Below are positions 13,301 through 27,000 of a stretch of DNA of 64,000 nt, piece by piece; positions within the stretch are counted from its first letter, which is position 1; each line of letters opens with the position of its first letter. The notes below the pieces were generated by a model. It worked only from the letters and a program-made list of their open reading frames with translations. It was not told where the DNA came from and ran no database searches. Where the stretch lies: assembly GCA_051362555.1 (NCBI GenBank), contig CM120649.1, positions 9,858,001 to 9,922,000 of the forward strand, in the 5' to 3' direction. This stretch comes from Lingula anatina (lineage: Eukaryota; Animalia; Brachiopoda). Position numbers and translations under genes: made by a program.

Positions 13301-16300
13301 GTGTATGACACATATCAAAGATTCAGACGACAAAAAACATGTCAATACCGCAAACCATTTTCGTAAATCCGCATTAACAATACAGGGTCCCATTGGAGGG
13401 GGGCAGTGGTCACAGTGCACGGGTCAATTCACAAATCACGGGAAATAACCTGACCTCTATCGAAGGGGAAACATTTATTCATTATTCATGAAAAATACAA
13501 TAAGTGCGAATAAAAAGTCACAGAACATAATTACGTCGTCTCACAAAGGACAAAAAATAAAAAGTCGCATTCAAGAGTCACAGAAATGGGGTGTTTTACG
13601 GATCACGTCGAATAAAATAGAGGTTTCACGCATCCCAGAAAATAAAAAGTGTCCTTAACCGGTAACGAAAATACCCAATGGGACCCTCAGAATAATCTAG
13701 CAAAATATATTGAGGACCTCAAGGAGCTTCGTGAAGCGACTTTCCTATTATACAGTGCCGTTCATAATGTGCATCTGTAGTCAATGTGTCAAATTATATT
13801 CCAAAATTATTTAAGCTTAGTAAATTCCCATGTAAAATAAATTTAAATGTTCTTAAACAAAAGTAGCTTCAATAAAACTCCTACCAGTTTGATATCTTTC
13901 CAAGTTGGCGAATGCCTCATCTTTTGTCACAGCTATGTCAAAAACACACTGTTGTAATAGCACCCCCTCGAGACCCTTGGCCTTACACGCTATTTCAGCC
14001 ACCTTAATAATATAAACAAAAATAACATGAAGAAAATTCTGACTTTTAATTTTTGTTACCATTATATCCATCAAAACGTAAGAAATCAAAGGGTTCTTGT
14101 ATTATACTGGATGACTTAAAGGGATAATAACTCTTCGTATGAGATCTATATTTCACAATAAAAACATTGTGAACAACTCATAGAAATATGATATATTCTG
14201 TTGTACAAGAAAAACGGCAGTTATACCCCTGTAGATATTATTCTGATATCTGAGCCTGTCTTCAGACCACGTGACCTCCATTGATGGCTATACTCTGTTA
14301 TAATCTATTAAGAGATTTTAACAAAAAAAAACTTTTTAGAAAAAAACCAGGGACCAACTTTGAATGTAAAAATTGAATTCATTAACCATTGGTAAGTATG
14401 GGAAAAATGTTGTTTACTCCAGGCCAATTCATTTTATTGGCCAAAACGAAGAGTTATTATCCCTTTAATGTCTATTCGTATTTTGAATTTAAGTTGCTTC
14501 TATTGCCACGCATTCTTCAAATATCAATGATTCCACTTGAGGCAATTATGTTACAAAGCAAAAAAAGTGATAGATTCAGGTTTTATCCGAGAAATAATTA
14601 ATTGCACCAAAATAACATACCTCTAGTTCAGATTGGGACACATTGGCAGTGCTGTAGGACGGACTGTATAGACTGGGGTCTGTGTACGAGGGGTCCATGA
14701 CGTCATCAACATGGAAGTTAGATCTGTTCCAGGACCAACCGCCAGAAGAAAGAGATGAGGCGTTAACCCTCCCTGCAGTAATGAACCGACAACAAACCAA
14801 ACACAGTATAAAAAGTTTTTTTGTACTTGAGGCAAAATAAGAAAGAACATCTTCGTCACAAAAATTTGTATTTTGAATTGCAACTTTGAGTCAACTTTTT
14901 AAAAACTGCTAAGGAAATTTGTACATTTTCTAAAATCTAAAGTTGCAGGAAAGTTTTTACCCTGTGGGATATCATAAGGACTACCTGTACTTTAATCGAG
15001 TAGATCGAGTATTTTGCATTTCGGACATTTTACATACATGAATCTGCAAACTGCACCGCGTCTCCAGCAAGAGTGCCATTGGGCATTGTGAGGTCGTTGT
15101 CTTCGTTATCGTCCATTAGTCCACATAACCCTGACGTGTCTCCTCTAAATCTGGCAGTCGGGGTAAAATCTACATTCAGGAAGAGGCGACCCATAGTAGA
15201 ACTGAAGTGAACTCCTACTGTAATACTTGCACCTGAAAAAATATTTCGCTTAATTCGGATACAATGATGCTTTTTAAATTTTGTACATATTCTAAATATG
15301 TGTTAGCGAAGAAAATGTTAACTTGAGAATTTTTAAAACATCAGTGTTATTCAAATAATGACGCGTAAAAAGTGACAACTACTCGAAGGCAGACGACAAA
15401 ACGATATAATTCAGAAATTGAAACAACCCACTTTTGTAACTTTGATCAGCGGATATTACAGCACCTAGGAGAGTCCATACCAGAACTATATTGGAACGTG
15501 ATCATCATCACGGCGCCAGCGCTGATGTTCCTGACATCAACAATATCAACAATGGCCGTTCCATTGCTCAATTCCAGTCTGGTATTGTTCAACTCTGGGG
15601 ACTGTTGTGAACCGTCAATTCTAAAATGTAAACAAGACATAGATTAAACACACGTAAGTTCTTTTTAAATCAAAGTCAAAACTTGCATGTCCTCTTTAAT
15701 TGTATTGTGAAATGATCGGCTTACATGAACTGGGTTATTTTTGTCACTTACATGTAAGTGGTTTGTTGTGAGAAAATCCGAAATGATCAATAGAAATGTT
15801 ATTTTATCTATTTTATTTAACTGCAGTAATTCAAGGTTTAAAATATTTATAAAAAGGAGACTGTAGGCACAAGACATCAAGATACATATTCTCGTTGCTG
15901 ATCAAACTTTTGAATGAATAGTGAACATTAATGCAGAATAACGCCTGTTATTCATGTGGAAGACAACACACTGTACAAAATAGGTTAAGGATACGCACCT
16001 GATGATTGGTAACGACATTGCTGTAGCTTGGTCTGGGGTGGTTATAGTAACCACGCTCTGACCAACTTTCACTGCGACTGCTCCAACTAGGGACGCCAGC
16101 TTGTAGCCGAAGAATCTGACTTGAACTCCAAAGTTATTGGCAGGACTGATGCAGTACCAGAACTCTCCAATACCATGGTAGTCGTATTCAAGACCTATAT
16201 GTACGGATATTGTTAAACAATGATTAATATATACGTAAATATACGCTCACATTAATGGCTCATATGATAATTAATTGCATGTACGAAGTTGAATAAAACA

Positions 16301-19300
16301 TTACAAACGCACTTTCTCGTGATCAGAAAATTTGAATTTATATACAGATAAACGATGATCAACCCCCTGTAAGCGTAAAAGACATACTTTAAAAGAATAA
16401 CCCAAGGACCACAACATTCTCGCAGAGTTAGTCAGCGATTCACTCTCACCGTCTAATGTTGTTAAGTGCGGGTCTCCTCCCATGGTTCTCCCTACTCTGA
16501 CGTTACAGCAGCGACCGGTCCAGAACCGGGTACACACACAACTGGATCGGCAGAAGTGTGAATCCGGTGTGCAGACTCCATTGCCAAAACATTCTAAAGA
16601 TGAAGTAATTATAAAGAAAAAACGCAAAAAGTTTATTTTCATAAATTATTTTATTTTATTAAAATGCTTCACTTTTAGAGATTTAAAGCGAAAGTTTTCA
16701 ATCTTCTTAAGTGTGTATCCATGATAGGACCAGTCAGAGGGTGGCAAGGTGGGGGTCAACAGATTTCAACCAAATTCATAATATTGTTGCATATATAGGA
16801 GATATTAAGATTGAAGGCAACAATCCCAAAAGAAAGCATTGGATATAATTATAATATGATATTATATGTTTTGGCCATTTTTGGCTCGATTTTCAGCTTC
16901 GGTCAATAAAGCCACTTCATAAGCAAATATGTCAAAACTGATGACTTTTTAAAATTAATTGAAATTTTACTTATTTAAACCAGTCATTTGCCATTGAGAA
17001 TATGTTACTAAATTTCAGTTTAACCCACAAACTTACGAGCCACGCCCATTTTTATAACCCCACCCCCCAAACTCATATTTCTACCAAGCAATGTTCAAGC
17101 GTTCATATCTCTCTTTTTGCAGGGTTGACAGCCATAAAATTGTATAGGGATCCTAAGCATATATTGTTTTCATCATACAAATTTTAAAAAGTGTGTTAAA
17201 CACAACAGAAGATATTGAAAAAGTGCCTCAAACTTTAGCAATTTTAGCAGAAAACCAAATGGCCGATATTAAGATATCAGTACATTTTGAGATAATACCT
17301 TCCAATAATCAAATTTTATCAAAGACTCACGGCCAGGAATTCAAACTGTGCTTTGATAAGGGCAAATCTATCAAATTTTTATAAATACAAGATGGCTGCC
17401 ATCAATTCTGTCCAAAATACAGTTACCCTAATTCCTCAAAATAATCAAGAGGCCCATTTTTGCAGGTTTTTTATTTTGAGATCTGTAATACAGGATTGCT
17501 CAAATAATATTCTTTTCAAACAGAGCCATACAACTTCTGAATAAATTTAAAATTTTTAGTGACAAGTTATTCAACCCCCCCTCCCCCATTTAATGAGTTA
17601 TTACTGTGCACATCCAATGTCATCAGCATTGTGTATATACCTTATTTTCAGGGAGCAATAGAGAAAAAAAATACAAAGGATTTTTCTAAAGGTAAAAGGG
17701 AATGACTGTCTCCTTTTATCAGTTTTCTCAAGTGCATCACTAATTAATCCACTTGAAATGATTTATATTGCATTTTTTAACCATTCTTTTTCCTTTCAAA
17801 TGATTCATAGGCTTTGTAAATACATGTGATATCTTGATATCTATATTCTTTTTCTATAAAGAAAATTAAAACAGAGTCAGCAACATACAATGACAGGAGG
17901 AGTACTTTATTTTCATATTATCAATTGGACAGTAAAAGAACAAAGCAGTTACTTTTCACAGGAGTGAAATCAAGTTATGAATCTCCAAGGTTCCAATATC
18001 ACTGTCATCTTTTCCATATACTGAACACAACAGTGATCAGGGGCGTAACCAGACCTTTAAAAATTGTACGCACTTGTATTTCTTTACTGAGGGGGGGCAG
18101 AACAATTGTGCCTTTACAATTGATACAGAGGATTTGTACATACAGGCGACTTTAATAAGCAGAGGATTTTCTTTTATATTCCGTGAAAAATACACTAAAT
18201 TTATATAAAATAATATCATGGTTGGCAAAAAAATTGTACGCACAGTGCATTCGTGCGTATGCCTAGTTACGCCCATGGTGATGGTTAGTGTTCCACAGAT
18301 TTTAATCTTATGACTGATTGATCCCCAAGTTTCTTCTTCTGGTTGAGAGACCCAGGGTCTCCTACAGTAATGATAATTCAGCAATCTTAGAATAAGTGTG
18401 GTAACTTGAAGCAACATGCCACTATAGTTTAGTGTGACTAAACTGTCAATTGTCAATATTTGTCAATTCAATGGTGCCAATCCTCCTTTCCTACAAAACT
18501 GACTGAGATTGCCAAGCCTAAGATGCACATTTGTTGTGGGGGATTGTCCCAAGGTGGCTCTAAGTCCAATAAAGGTTTGCCAGGATATCCACTACTGCGT
18601 CTACCTGAAGATGGCAGGACAGGCTGTCAAAAGAAAATGTATTAAACATATTTAAAACTTATGTTAATTGCTGTATAAAAACAATGACTAAATAATATAC
18701 TGATCAAACATATTGCACAAGTAAAAACAATTATTGAAAATGAAATCAAATATGCATGATGTAGCTACCAGAATTTCATGATAGAAAGACAGAGTTGGTG
18801 CTCACATCTGAATCTGATGAATTTGCCTGTGCAATTTCAGGTGACTCTTCTATTATTGTCTGTAAGATTGTCCAGGTCAAGGTTCACATCCAGGCCTAGG
18901 ATGTAAAATCTGAAAAATAAACATAACATCAATAAATGTTTTACAACAACAAAGGCTTACTGTGTTCAGAATAGAAACTACCATAGCAGGATCAATCCAT
19001 CTCAGCGGAGTATCACACTCAGGATCAGTCGTTGTAATCAGCTAAATTGTCTGGCACACCCCCTTGCAAAGCAACATGAACAACATAATGGACTGCAAAG
19101 TTTTCCTGATTTTACTAAAGTACTTTTAGTTGTACAAGTGTACTCTTGAAAATTGAAGCACAGTGTGTTACAAAGTCACATAAAGCTAGGTGGTTAACTT
19201 CGACTTCATTGTAAACACACATAAATCTGAAACTAAAACATAAAAAACTGGCACAAGTAACATCCCCTAAAATGTCAAAACTTGAAACTGAATGTGTTAC

Positions 19301-22300
19301 ATACCTCTGATTCTGGGTTAGAAATTTCTAATGAAGCTGTCTACAAGCTCAGTTGTCCTTAACTGTTTGTGTTATGATAACACATGTAACAAAGCCCTAG
19401 AATTTAATGCACAAACATACTTCGTAAGTTAGGTACACAGTTGATTCTTTTCAGCAGACATATTTACCATGAAATAGAAATCAAGTAAAATTCTATGAAT
19501 TAAAATATACAAGTACATCTTTTAATTCTTTATATAACTTTAAAATATTCAAACTTATTATTCAAACTGGTTTGAGTTTTTAGTGTATCTGATTCTAGTA
19601 TATGTATGCCACCACTGGCCAACAACAACAGGGACCAGGGTATTACTACATATAGAAGACAGTACCTGAAATAGTGACAGAACCGACTTTGTCTGTTTAT
19701 ATATATATGATCACTTACCTTACAACAAACATCCAGAGGTAAATCGATGAGGTGGATATATTGAGGAACCCAAGCCTGACAACAGTCTGAAGTGGTTCAA
19801 CAAAAAAATAAACATTACATTCTTAGGACGACCAGCTGCTATGGTCATTTCTTGTGATATTCTGGTGCACACCAATCCTTCTGAGATGTACCTAAGCATC
19901 TCTAGTGCTTGTTCTTCATAAAATTAAGAAAGCATTATGTTTTCACACTGTAAAGACGATGTGATTTGCTCCACAGTTGCTCCGGTGATAATCCTAGTAC
20001 CCGCCATGTTGAAAATAGGTCACAGAGTTAGCATTGATATTTTACATTTAGTTTCTACAACATAAACAAATTTAAAAAATGTATTTTTGCTTCATAAGTT
20101 TGTCTGCAGAGCAAACATGATTATTTTAAGGGCTTTTCACAAACCTATACATGGTTTTGACTTATTAATTTAGTTGAAGAAACACTTTAGCATTTAAGTA
20201 GTATAAAAATATTCGTTTTTAGGCCCTTTTTAAAATTGTTATAGTTCTAATTTTACAAGGTTTAACACAGATTTTATTTCACAAAATTTATTTTTCAACC
20301 CTTTTCTTTCAGCACATACCAAAATTATATGGATACAACCTGCAAAAAAGAAGTTGTGTGCATTTAAAGAAGGGGAGGGGGTCAAGTATACGGAAAACAT
20401 GCCTAATTAGAATCAACCTTGTGTGGTCATGACAGTTCCTTTTCGAAAATTCTGTACTGGGTATTAAAGGTCTTTCCTTAACCTATCATGTGGCTTACCT
20501 AAATAATTCCTTATGATGTACATGATTTTTTAAAAGAATATTTAAAATTACAACTTTTCAAGAGCTAAAAAATGCTATATTTTGGCAAAATTGCCAATAA
20601 AAGAACTGCCCCCGTATCTCTAAAACTAATGATCCAAAATAAGAAAGCCAGTGGCTCACAATATCTTTCATGTTGATGGTTTACCACACCAAAAATTATT
20701 AAAATCTGCTGACCCCCACCTTGCCGCCTTCTGACTGATCTGTCTGGCTTTCTCATGGACGCGCTCTTAATCTGTCGACACTGTTTTCTTTGAAAGGTTT
20801 CTCAAAATAAAAAGATAATACGTCTGGCGTCAGGGAAGATGTTTAAGCTCTGTATAAATTCGGATATCAATTGAACTAAATTTCAAAACTTTTGGGTAAT
20901 AATTTCCTAAAATGAGTATAATCTAAAACCGTGTGTATTGGTTTTCTAATGGCAGAAAATGAATTTGCACTTTCATTGTCAGCCATAAAATCCAATTGTG
21001 CAGTATAAAAGAGTTTTGTATAAGTGTACGGTATAAACAGACCAAGTAATCTACTGTCCGTCTGTAAACTACAGGGTTCACAGTCCGGCTGGTCACACTG
21101 CTCTCCACGTCGACCTCGTACACAGGCTGGGTACAGTCCACACTGGGTCTTCTCACGACAAACACAGTGACAGTCTTCCCACACGGGCTCGTATGCAGAG
21201 TCACACACAGGGCAGCTGGAAAGTTTTTGTATTACTCTTTTAATCCAGATGGAGATATGTAAATTGTTTTCATGGCAGTAAATGTTTGCAATTTAGAACT
21301 CAAAAGAGGTTTTATAGATGTGCATGTTTAAATATTGTTGATAGGATATACAAGCATCAATTTGATATAAGGTAAAACTGCTTACATATTCAGGGGAATT
21401 TACTGTTTTGCGATATATAGGGCCACACGCATTGTATAATTGTATAAACAGGACGGACATCCTTTTTTATCCTAACTGTCTCGAAACTGCTTGTCGTACA
21501 GCTATTTTCATTTTAGCCGAGTTATAAATTTCTCCGTTAATACACATTTTGATGGTATGCCCTTAACGGACTGAGTATATTGTGACACAAGCTACTGAAG
21601 ATGTTTACAATAAGAAGCCAATGATAAGGAGGAGGTTGTAAGGGCGAAAATATAAAAAAAACTTACATATCGTTAGGGCAGTCGCATGTTCCGTCATATT
21701 TCTGCAGAGCGAACTGGCAATTCTTGCACTGACAGGGGCAATGGCATGAGCCATCTTGTTTTATGAATCCATTGTTACCATTTGGACATTGGCAATCACA
21801 CTAAAATACAATTCTGCATTAAAGCAACACCCGTGATTTTCAAATAACAAAAAGAAAGATTGGGGATGGCGTAAATATTGATATGTGATGAAAATGTAGT
21901 CATTGTGACAGACCGTACTGTCTGTCAGTGCCCCAAGTGAACTATAATACCCCCGTCACACTTATTCGGAATCAACAGGAATGAAGAAGAATGAGCCTGA
22001 ACGAAGAATTTTTAAAGTTCGCACCACACTCGAGGAAAAATTTCAAATTGACCTTAATTATTGTAAGAGTACCGTTGGAATACTCAGAATGCGCTTGAAT
22101 TCGCCTGGAATGATAAGTGCACTTTCGACTGTATTAGCTCTCAAAAGCAGTTCGAATGTAGTTGGAAAACTAGGAATATTTATAATGCTGTAAGAAGGCA
22201 GTAAGAATATTTAGAATATATTTTGAACGGCGCACTAGTGTAGTTCGATTCCTGGCAACATTAATATTTCAGCTCATCCGAGGTACATTCGAAACATTCT

Positions 22301-23986
22301 GGCGGGATATAAAATCCCCGTCACACTAGAGGCGGAATGATTAAGAATGGTGTCTGAAATACAATTTTTTGTACATTACAGGATATTCGAAAAGCATTCT
22401 AAAACATTATAAAAAATCTGAGTGCATTCCAAATATTTTTACCTATTCTTGTGGCCGGCTCGAATGTTTTTGTCATGTCAAAAACTTTCGAAGTGCATTC
22501 CACGAGGAAATTTATCGCAATATCCCTACAGTATTCCAACTACATTTGAGAGGTAATATACCTGGAATGTGCAAGAATCATTCCAGGCGGGTTCGATGTG
22601 CATTCTTAGCATTCCAGAGGCATTCTTACAAAGCCGTAATATTTTATGATAATTTGAAATTCCCTCCCGAATATGGTACGAATTTTTAAATTTAGTAATT
22701 CCGGCTTGATTCCTTCTGATTTCGAATAAGTTTGACGGGGGCTTTAAGTCACTTGTCAGTTCGAATATTCCTCTAATGTTATCAAAATGTTTCGGATGCT
22801 GTCGGAATGCCGTGAGAATATTTAGAATGCAGTCATAGTGCAGTTAGAATACTGTTCAAATGCCATTCGATAAATTTCCACTTGGAATGCACTTCGAAAG
22901 TTTTTGACATGGCAAAAACATTCGGGATGCCACAAGAATGGGTAAAAATATTTAGAATGCACTCGGAATTTTTAGAATGCTCTTCGAATATCCACGAGCG
23001 CACAAAGAACTGTCTTTCCGACGGCATTCTAGCTCATTCCGCCTCTAGTGTGACGGGGGTATCAAGTGTATACTGCGTACAGTTAACTAGCCAGACTGGT
23101 CTGTGTCAAAATTATTACTGTGTGCGTGTGGAAAAGAGAGCGAGAGAGAGAGAAATAGAGATAGAGAGAAGTATATCTTAAATAAAGTATCAATGTGACA
23201 GGTTTACATCATACCGGGCAGCTGCCGTCACTGTTCATCTCTCTTGCTTTGTTATCTACACAAAAGCAAGGGCACGTGGGTTGTGAAATATCGCTGGTAA
23301 CCGCTCTCTTAAATATACCGTCTGGGCATAACTCACACTGGCAGACACTTTTAAACTGAAAAGGAATACCAAGCCACTGAGTTAATTGTGTAAGCGAAAT
23401 CTGCAATGTTTGGAAGTAGAATTTATTCAGCTAAATATAGATAGATACAATACGCTTTAATACCTTTATTAGCATTTAAAAATTGATGGAGAATATATAT
23501 ATGTAACAAGCGTGCGTGTGGTACAGAGTGCTCAATTGCTCAGAGCATTTATGCACAATTAAAATAAATAATTAAATAAACACGAAACATGTATTAACCC
23601 CAACTCCGAGTTAAACTGGCATACCCAGAAGGTATGCCCGGTCGTCAGGAGGTGTTTATTTGAAAATGGTGTTTTAGCCGTTTGTCTACACGGCGTGACG
23701 ACACTTACGTCGCACGCCGTGGCAGTTACGTCACCTTCTGCCGACACAGGTAATAATTTCACCCCTTTTATTTAGAGTATCTAGCGTTATCATTATTAGC
23801 AGTTTTTTATCCAGGCAAAGGTTGCAAAGATGCTGATTTCTCCTTTGTGGCGCGGATTTTTTTATGACGTCCCATCTAATGTCAAACTGAGTGTTACTTT
23901 CTTTTAAAAACTGCTAATGGGTATGCCCGTGAAACTCAGTTGGGGTTGACACATGGCTCGTGCTTTTTATTTATTTTTTAATTTTA

Positions 23987-24053
<67 letters not shown>

Positions 24054-27000
24054 TGTTGAATTTACAGTCTGTTACTTAAATAATAAAACAATCTAGGGTA
24101 CAATGTTTAAGTAACCGAAACGCATAAATCTGAAAAAATTATGTTATTAATTGATTAACCATAAATCTTCCCTTTCAATCTTTTAAATTCTATCTAGGTA
24201 CGACATGTGTTGGTCCGCTATTGTTTTGTAGTTTTATCGGCATTTTTTTCATTTCACATCTTTTGTTAATAAAGCTCAGGATCATTATAGGTGGCAGAAG
24301 GGCATCACCTTACCATGGTGCTGTTGCTGCCATCGGCACACGAACAGGAATTCGGATCTGCCGGGCACATGGTAGAAGTAGTGGCAGCTTTACAGTGTCT
24401 ACAAATCAAAAGGTGCACAAAAGTAAATAATTATATGTAACTCGGTAGTTTCTTGTCCATTTTGACACTTTGATAAAATGGTATTGTTTTGCATCTCTGT
24501 TATGATCACCAGAAAACTTGACAGTTGACTGCACTAGTGGGCTAGATTTGGTCTTAAAGTGAAATTTAAGATCACAAGTGATCTTACACGATTTTAATTA
24601 TTACAGCAGTAGTCTTAAAATGGGCTGAATCTGCTTTTAAAATCAAAAATGATCTAACATCTACTTAAGTGGTCAAGCAGTTTCCTCTCCTCACAATGGG
24701 GGATACCTCCCCTCACAATGGAGGACACCTCTGCTCACAATAGGAGAATGTGTATGGGGAGACAACTTAATTGGCTGTCAGAGCAGAAATGGTCTTACTC
24801 ATGGTTTAAGATCATGTATGTAAGACTATTTGTGAACTTGAATTGCACTTTAAGACCAAATCAAGCCCACTAGTGCTGGCAATTGGGAGTATCAAAATGA
24901 ACGTGGTGACGTTGATACTGCAAACACTAAAACAAATTTATATTAACTGCTCTGCTGTTATAAGTCATCCCACTTCTTAAGGGGAGGAAACGCAGTACCA
25001 TATGGTGTTTATGGAACACCATTCTCGGAAAATGTCAGCTGTCTTGCTAAATAAACCAATTTGCGTTTTCTATTTAAATTATTGCTTTCTATACTTCAAC
25101 TCCTTATGACGGTTTTCCAAAGACCCCAAGGTGAAAAAGAGCTGAAGATGTCACTTTTAACATCCCGTGGCCTTTGGCCATCATGCGCATTGACTATACA
25201 CAACGTAAATATCAACGATTTTTCTGTAAAATAAAAAAGGCATATGCATTCAAAGGAAAAATACGCGATAAAGTTACAAGTTACATTAAGGTTGCAATTT
25301 AAGGCAACGTACGTCAATAAATAATAATAATAATAATTTATTGAGCACATGAGCACATAGGTTCTCTACACTACTAATTATAATATACTTAAGTTTAAAT
25401 ACATGTACATAGTAATAATAAAGTATAATACCAGGTGTCATCTCATTTTGGGTGGCTTCCGTTTTCTCATAGCACTGTTTATAAACTTTACAAGTGCCGA
25501 CACAAATCTCTCGTTTGACACATTTAATAGGGCAGATAGTGTATCGTCTGCTAGACCCTGCACATTTACCTCTGGTAAGGCAGCAAATAATGTTTCTCTG
25601 TCTAGTTTATAAGTAGTACACTCAAGAAAAAAGTGAACTTCATCTTCCATTGCATTACAGTGAGGACACTTTCTGTCCTCAATTTTTGTTTTGGGGTGAG
25701 TATATCTGCCTCTTTCAATTTCTAAATCGTGGTCACTGACCCTCATTTTGGCTAGAATTTTTTTATATGTAAAAGGGACTTTTAATTCCAAATATGGCTC
25801 AGCTTCATAGGATTTCTTAATTTTGCTGTAGGTGCGGAGTTTGTTGTTGGTATTTCTATGGATTTCTTCCCAAAATTTTCGTTTTATTTCGTTAATTATT
25901 TCTATTTCAAGATCTGGGTAGTTGTGGATTTCGCAAGTATGTCTGTTTGTATTAAGTTCCCAACATATTTTAATGTTTGACATTGTCTGATACCAGACAT
26001 AAAAGTGTTTTGCTAACACTAACACTCCAGTAGCATACTCACGCTGTCACACCGGGTAACCTGCCTTCCTCACGACCACTGGATATCTTCCACGAGGTAC
26101 CGAAACGCAACACCAGGACGCCCTTGCTGTCTCCAGTTCCCGCCCTATGCACCAGCAGGTGGTCTCCACCACGTCCAAAACACGCCTTGGAGCACGTGTC
26201 AATACTGAGGATGTCCGTAATAACAACAGTCGGTTCATACCCGAAAGCTACAGTGTTCCCCGGTATGGCTTCAGTGTCTGGCAAAATAAGTCAGGGTCTT
26301 CTTATACATTATCTATCTATCTATCTATTTTATATATCTATACTACATTTATGTTACACTGATAATAATATTGTTTCCTTAACTTAGTTGGCTGATTCTC
26401 TCAAGGATTAAATCACGTGCCCTTTAGTTAATAAAAACTCCCATTATAATTAAGGAGGCACTGTCTATTAACTAGCTTACCTAATATTTCCCTAAGAAAG
26501 TCTAATATATGACGTGGCCGATACAAACTGCTGGTTATGATGGCGGAAATACTTGGAATGGTCACTTTAAATTTTGTCTCAATGTCAACTTTGATGTTTA
26601 CGTTTTCAATTCCGTCATTAATTTGCACAGTGTTGGAGACATTGGTGACCTATAATAAAGTTTAAGTACGGTTATCTTAATTATTATTTCGTAATATGTT
26701 TGCTGGTACCACAAATTTTGAAGATGTTTCAATGTTTTAAAGACAACTTATACATTACTAGGCTCTTAATTCATGGTGTCAGCATAACTAACGGGGCTCC
26801 TCGTTAAGCAATAAACGTGTTGCTAACACAGCTGCCGAACATCAAAAACAGTTATCTTACAACATCGCGAGGAAAATGCACGATTTCTGCTCCATTTCTC
26901 CAAGTTCCTCCCAATTTCTCCATAATGCTTCCTTGCGAATGTCGCCATAACACCCCCATCCCCTAAAAGCAAATAAATAAATTATATCATGAATAAATAA

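Noticed and set aside
21073-21073. Alternative donor after CEP (gtagtt)
   Set aside because: Splicing it to the 16593 acceptor creates TAA; the donor at 21043 keeps the frame
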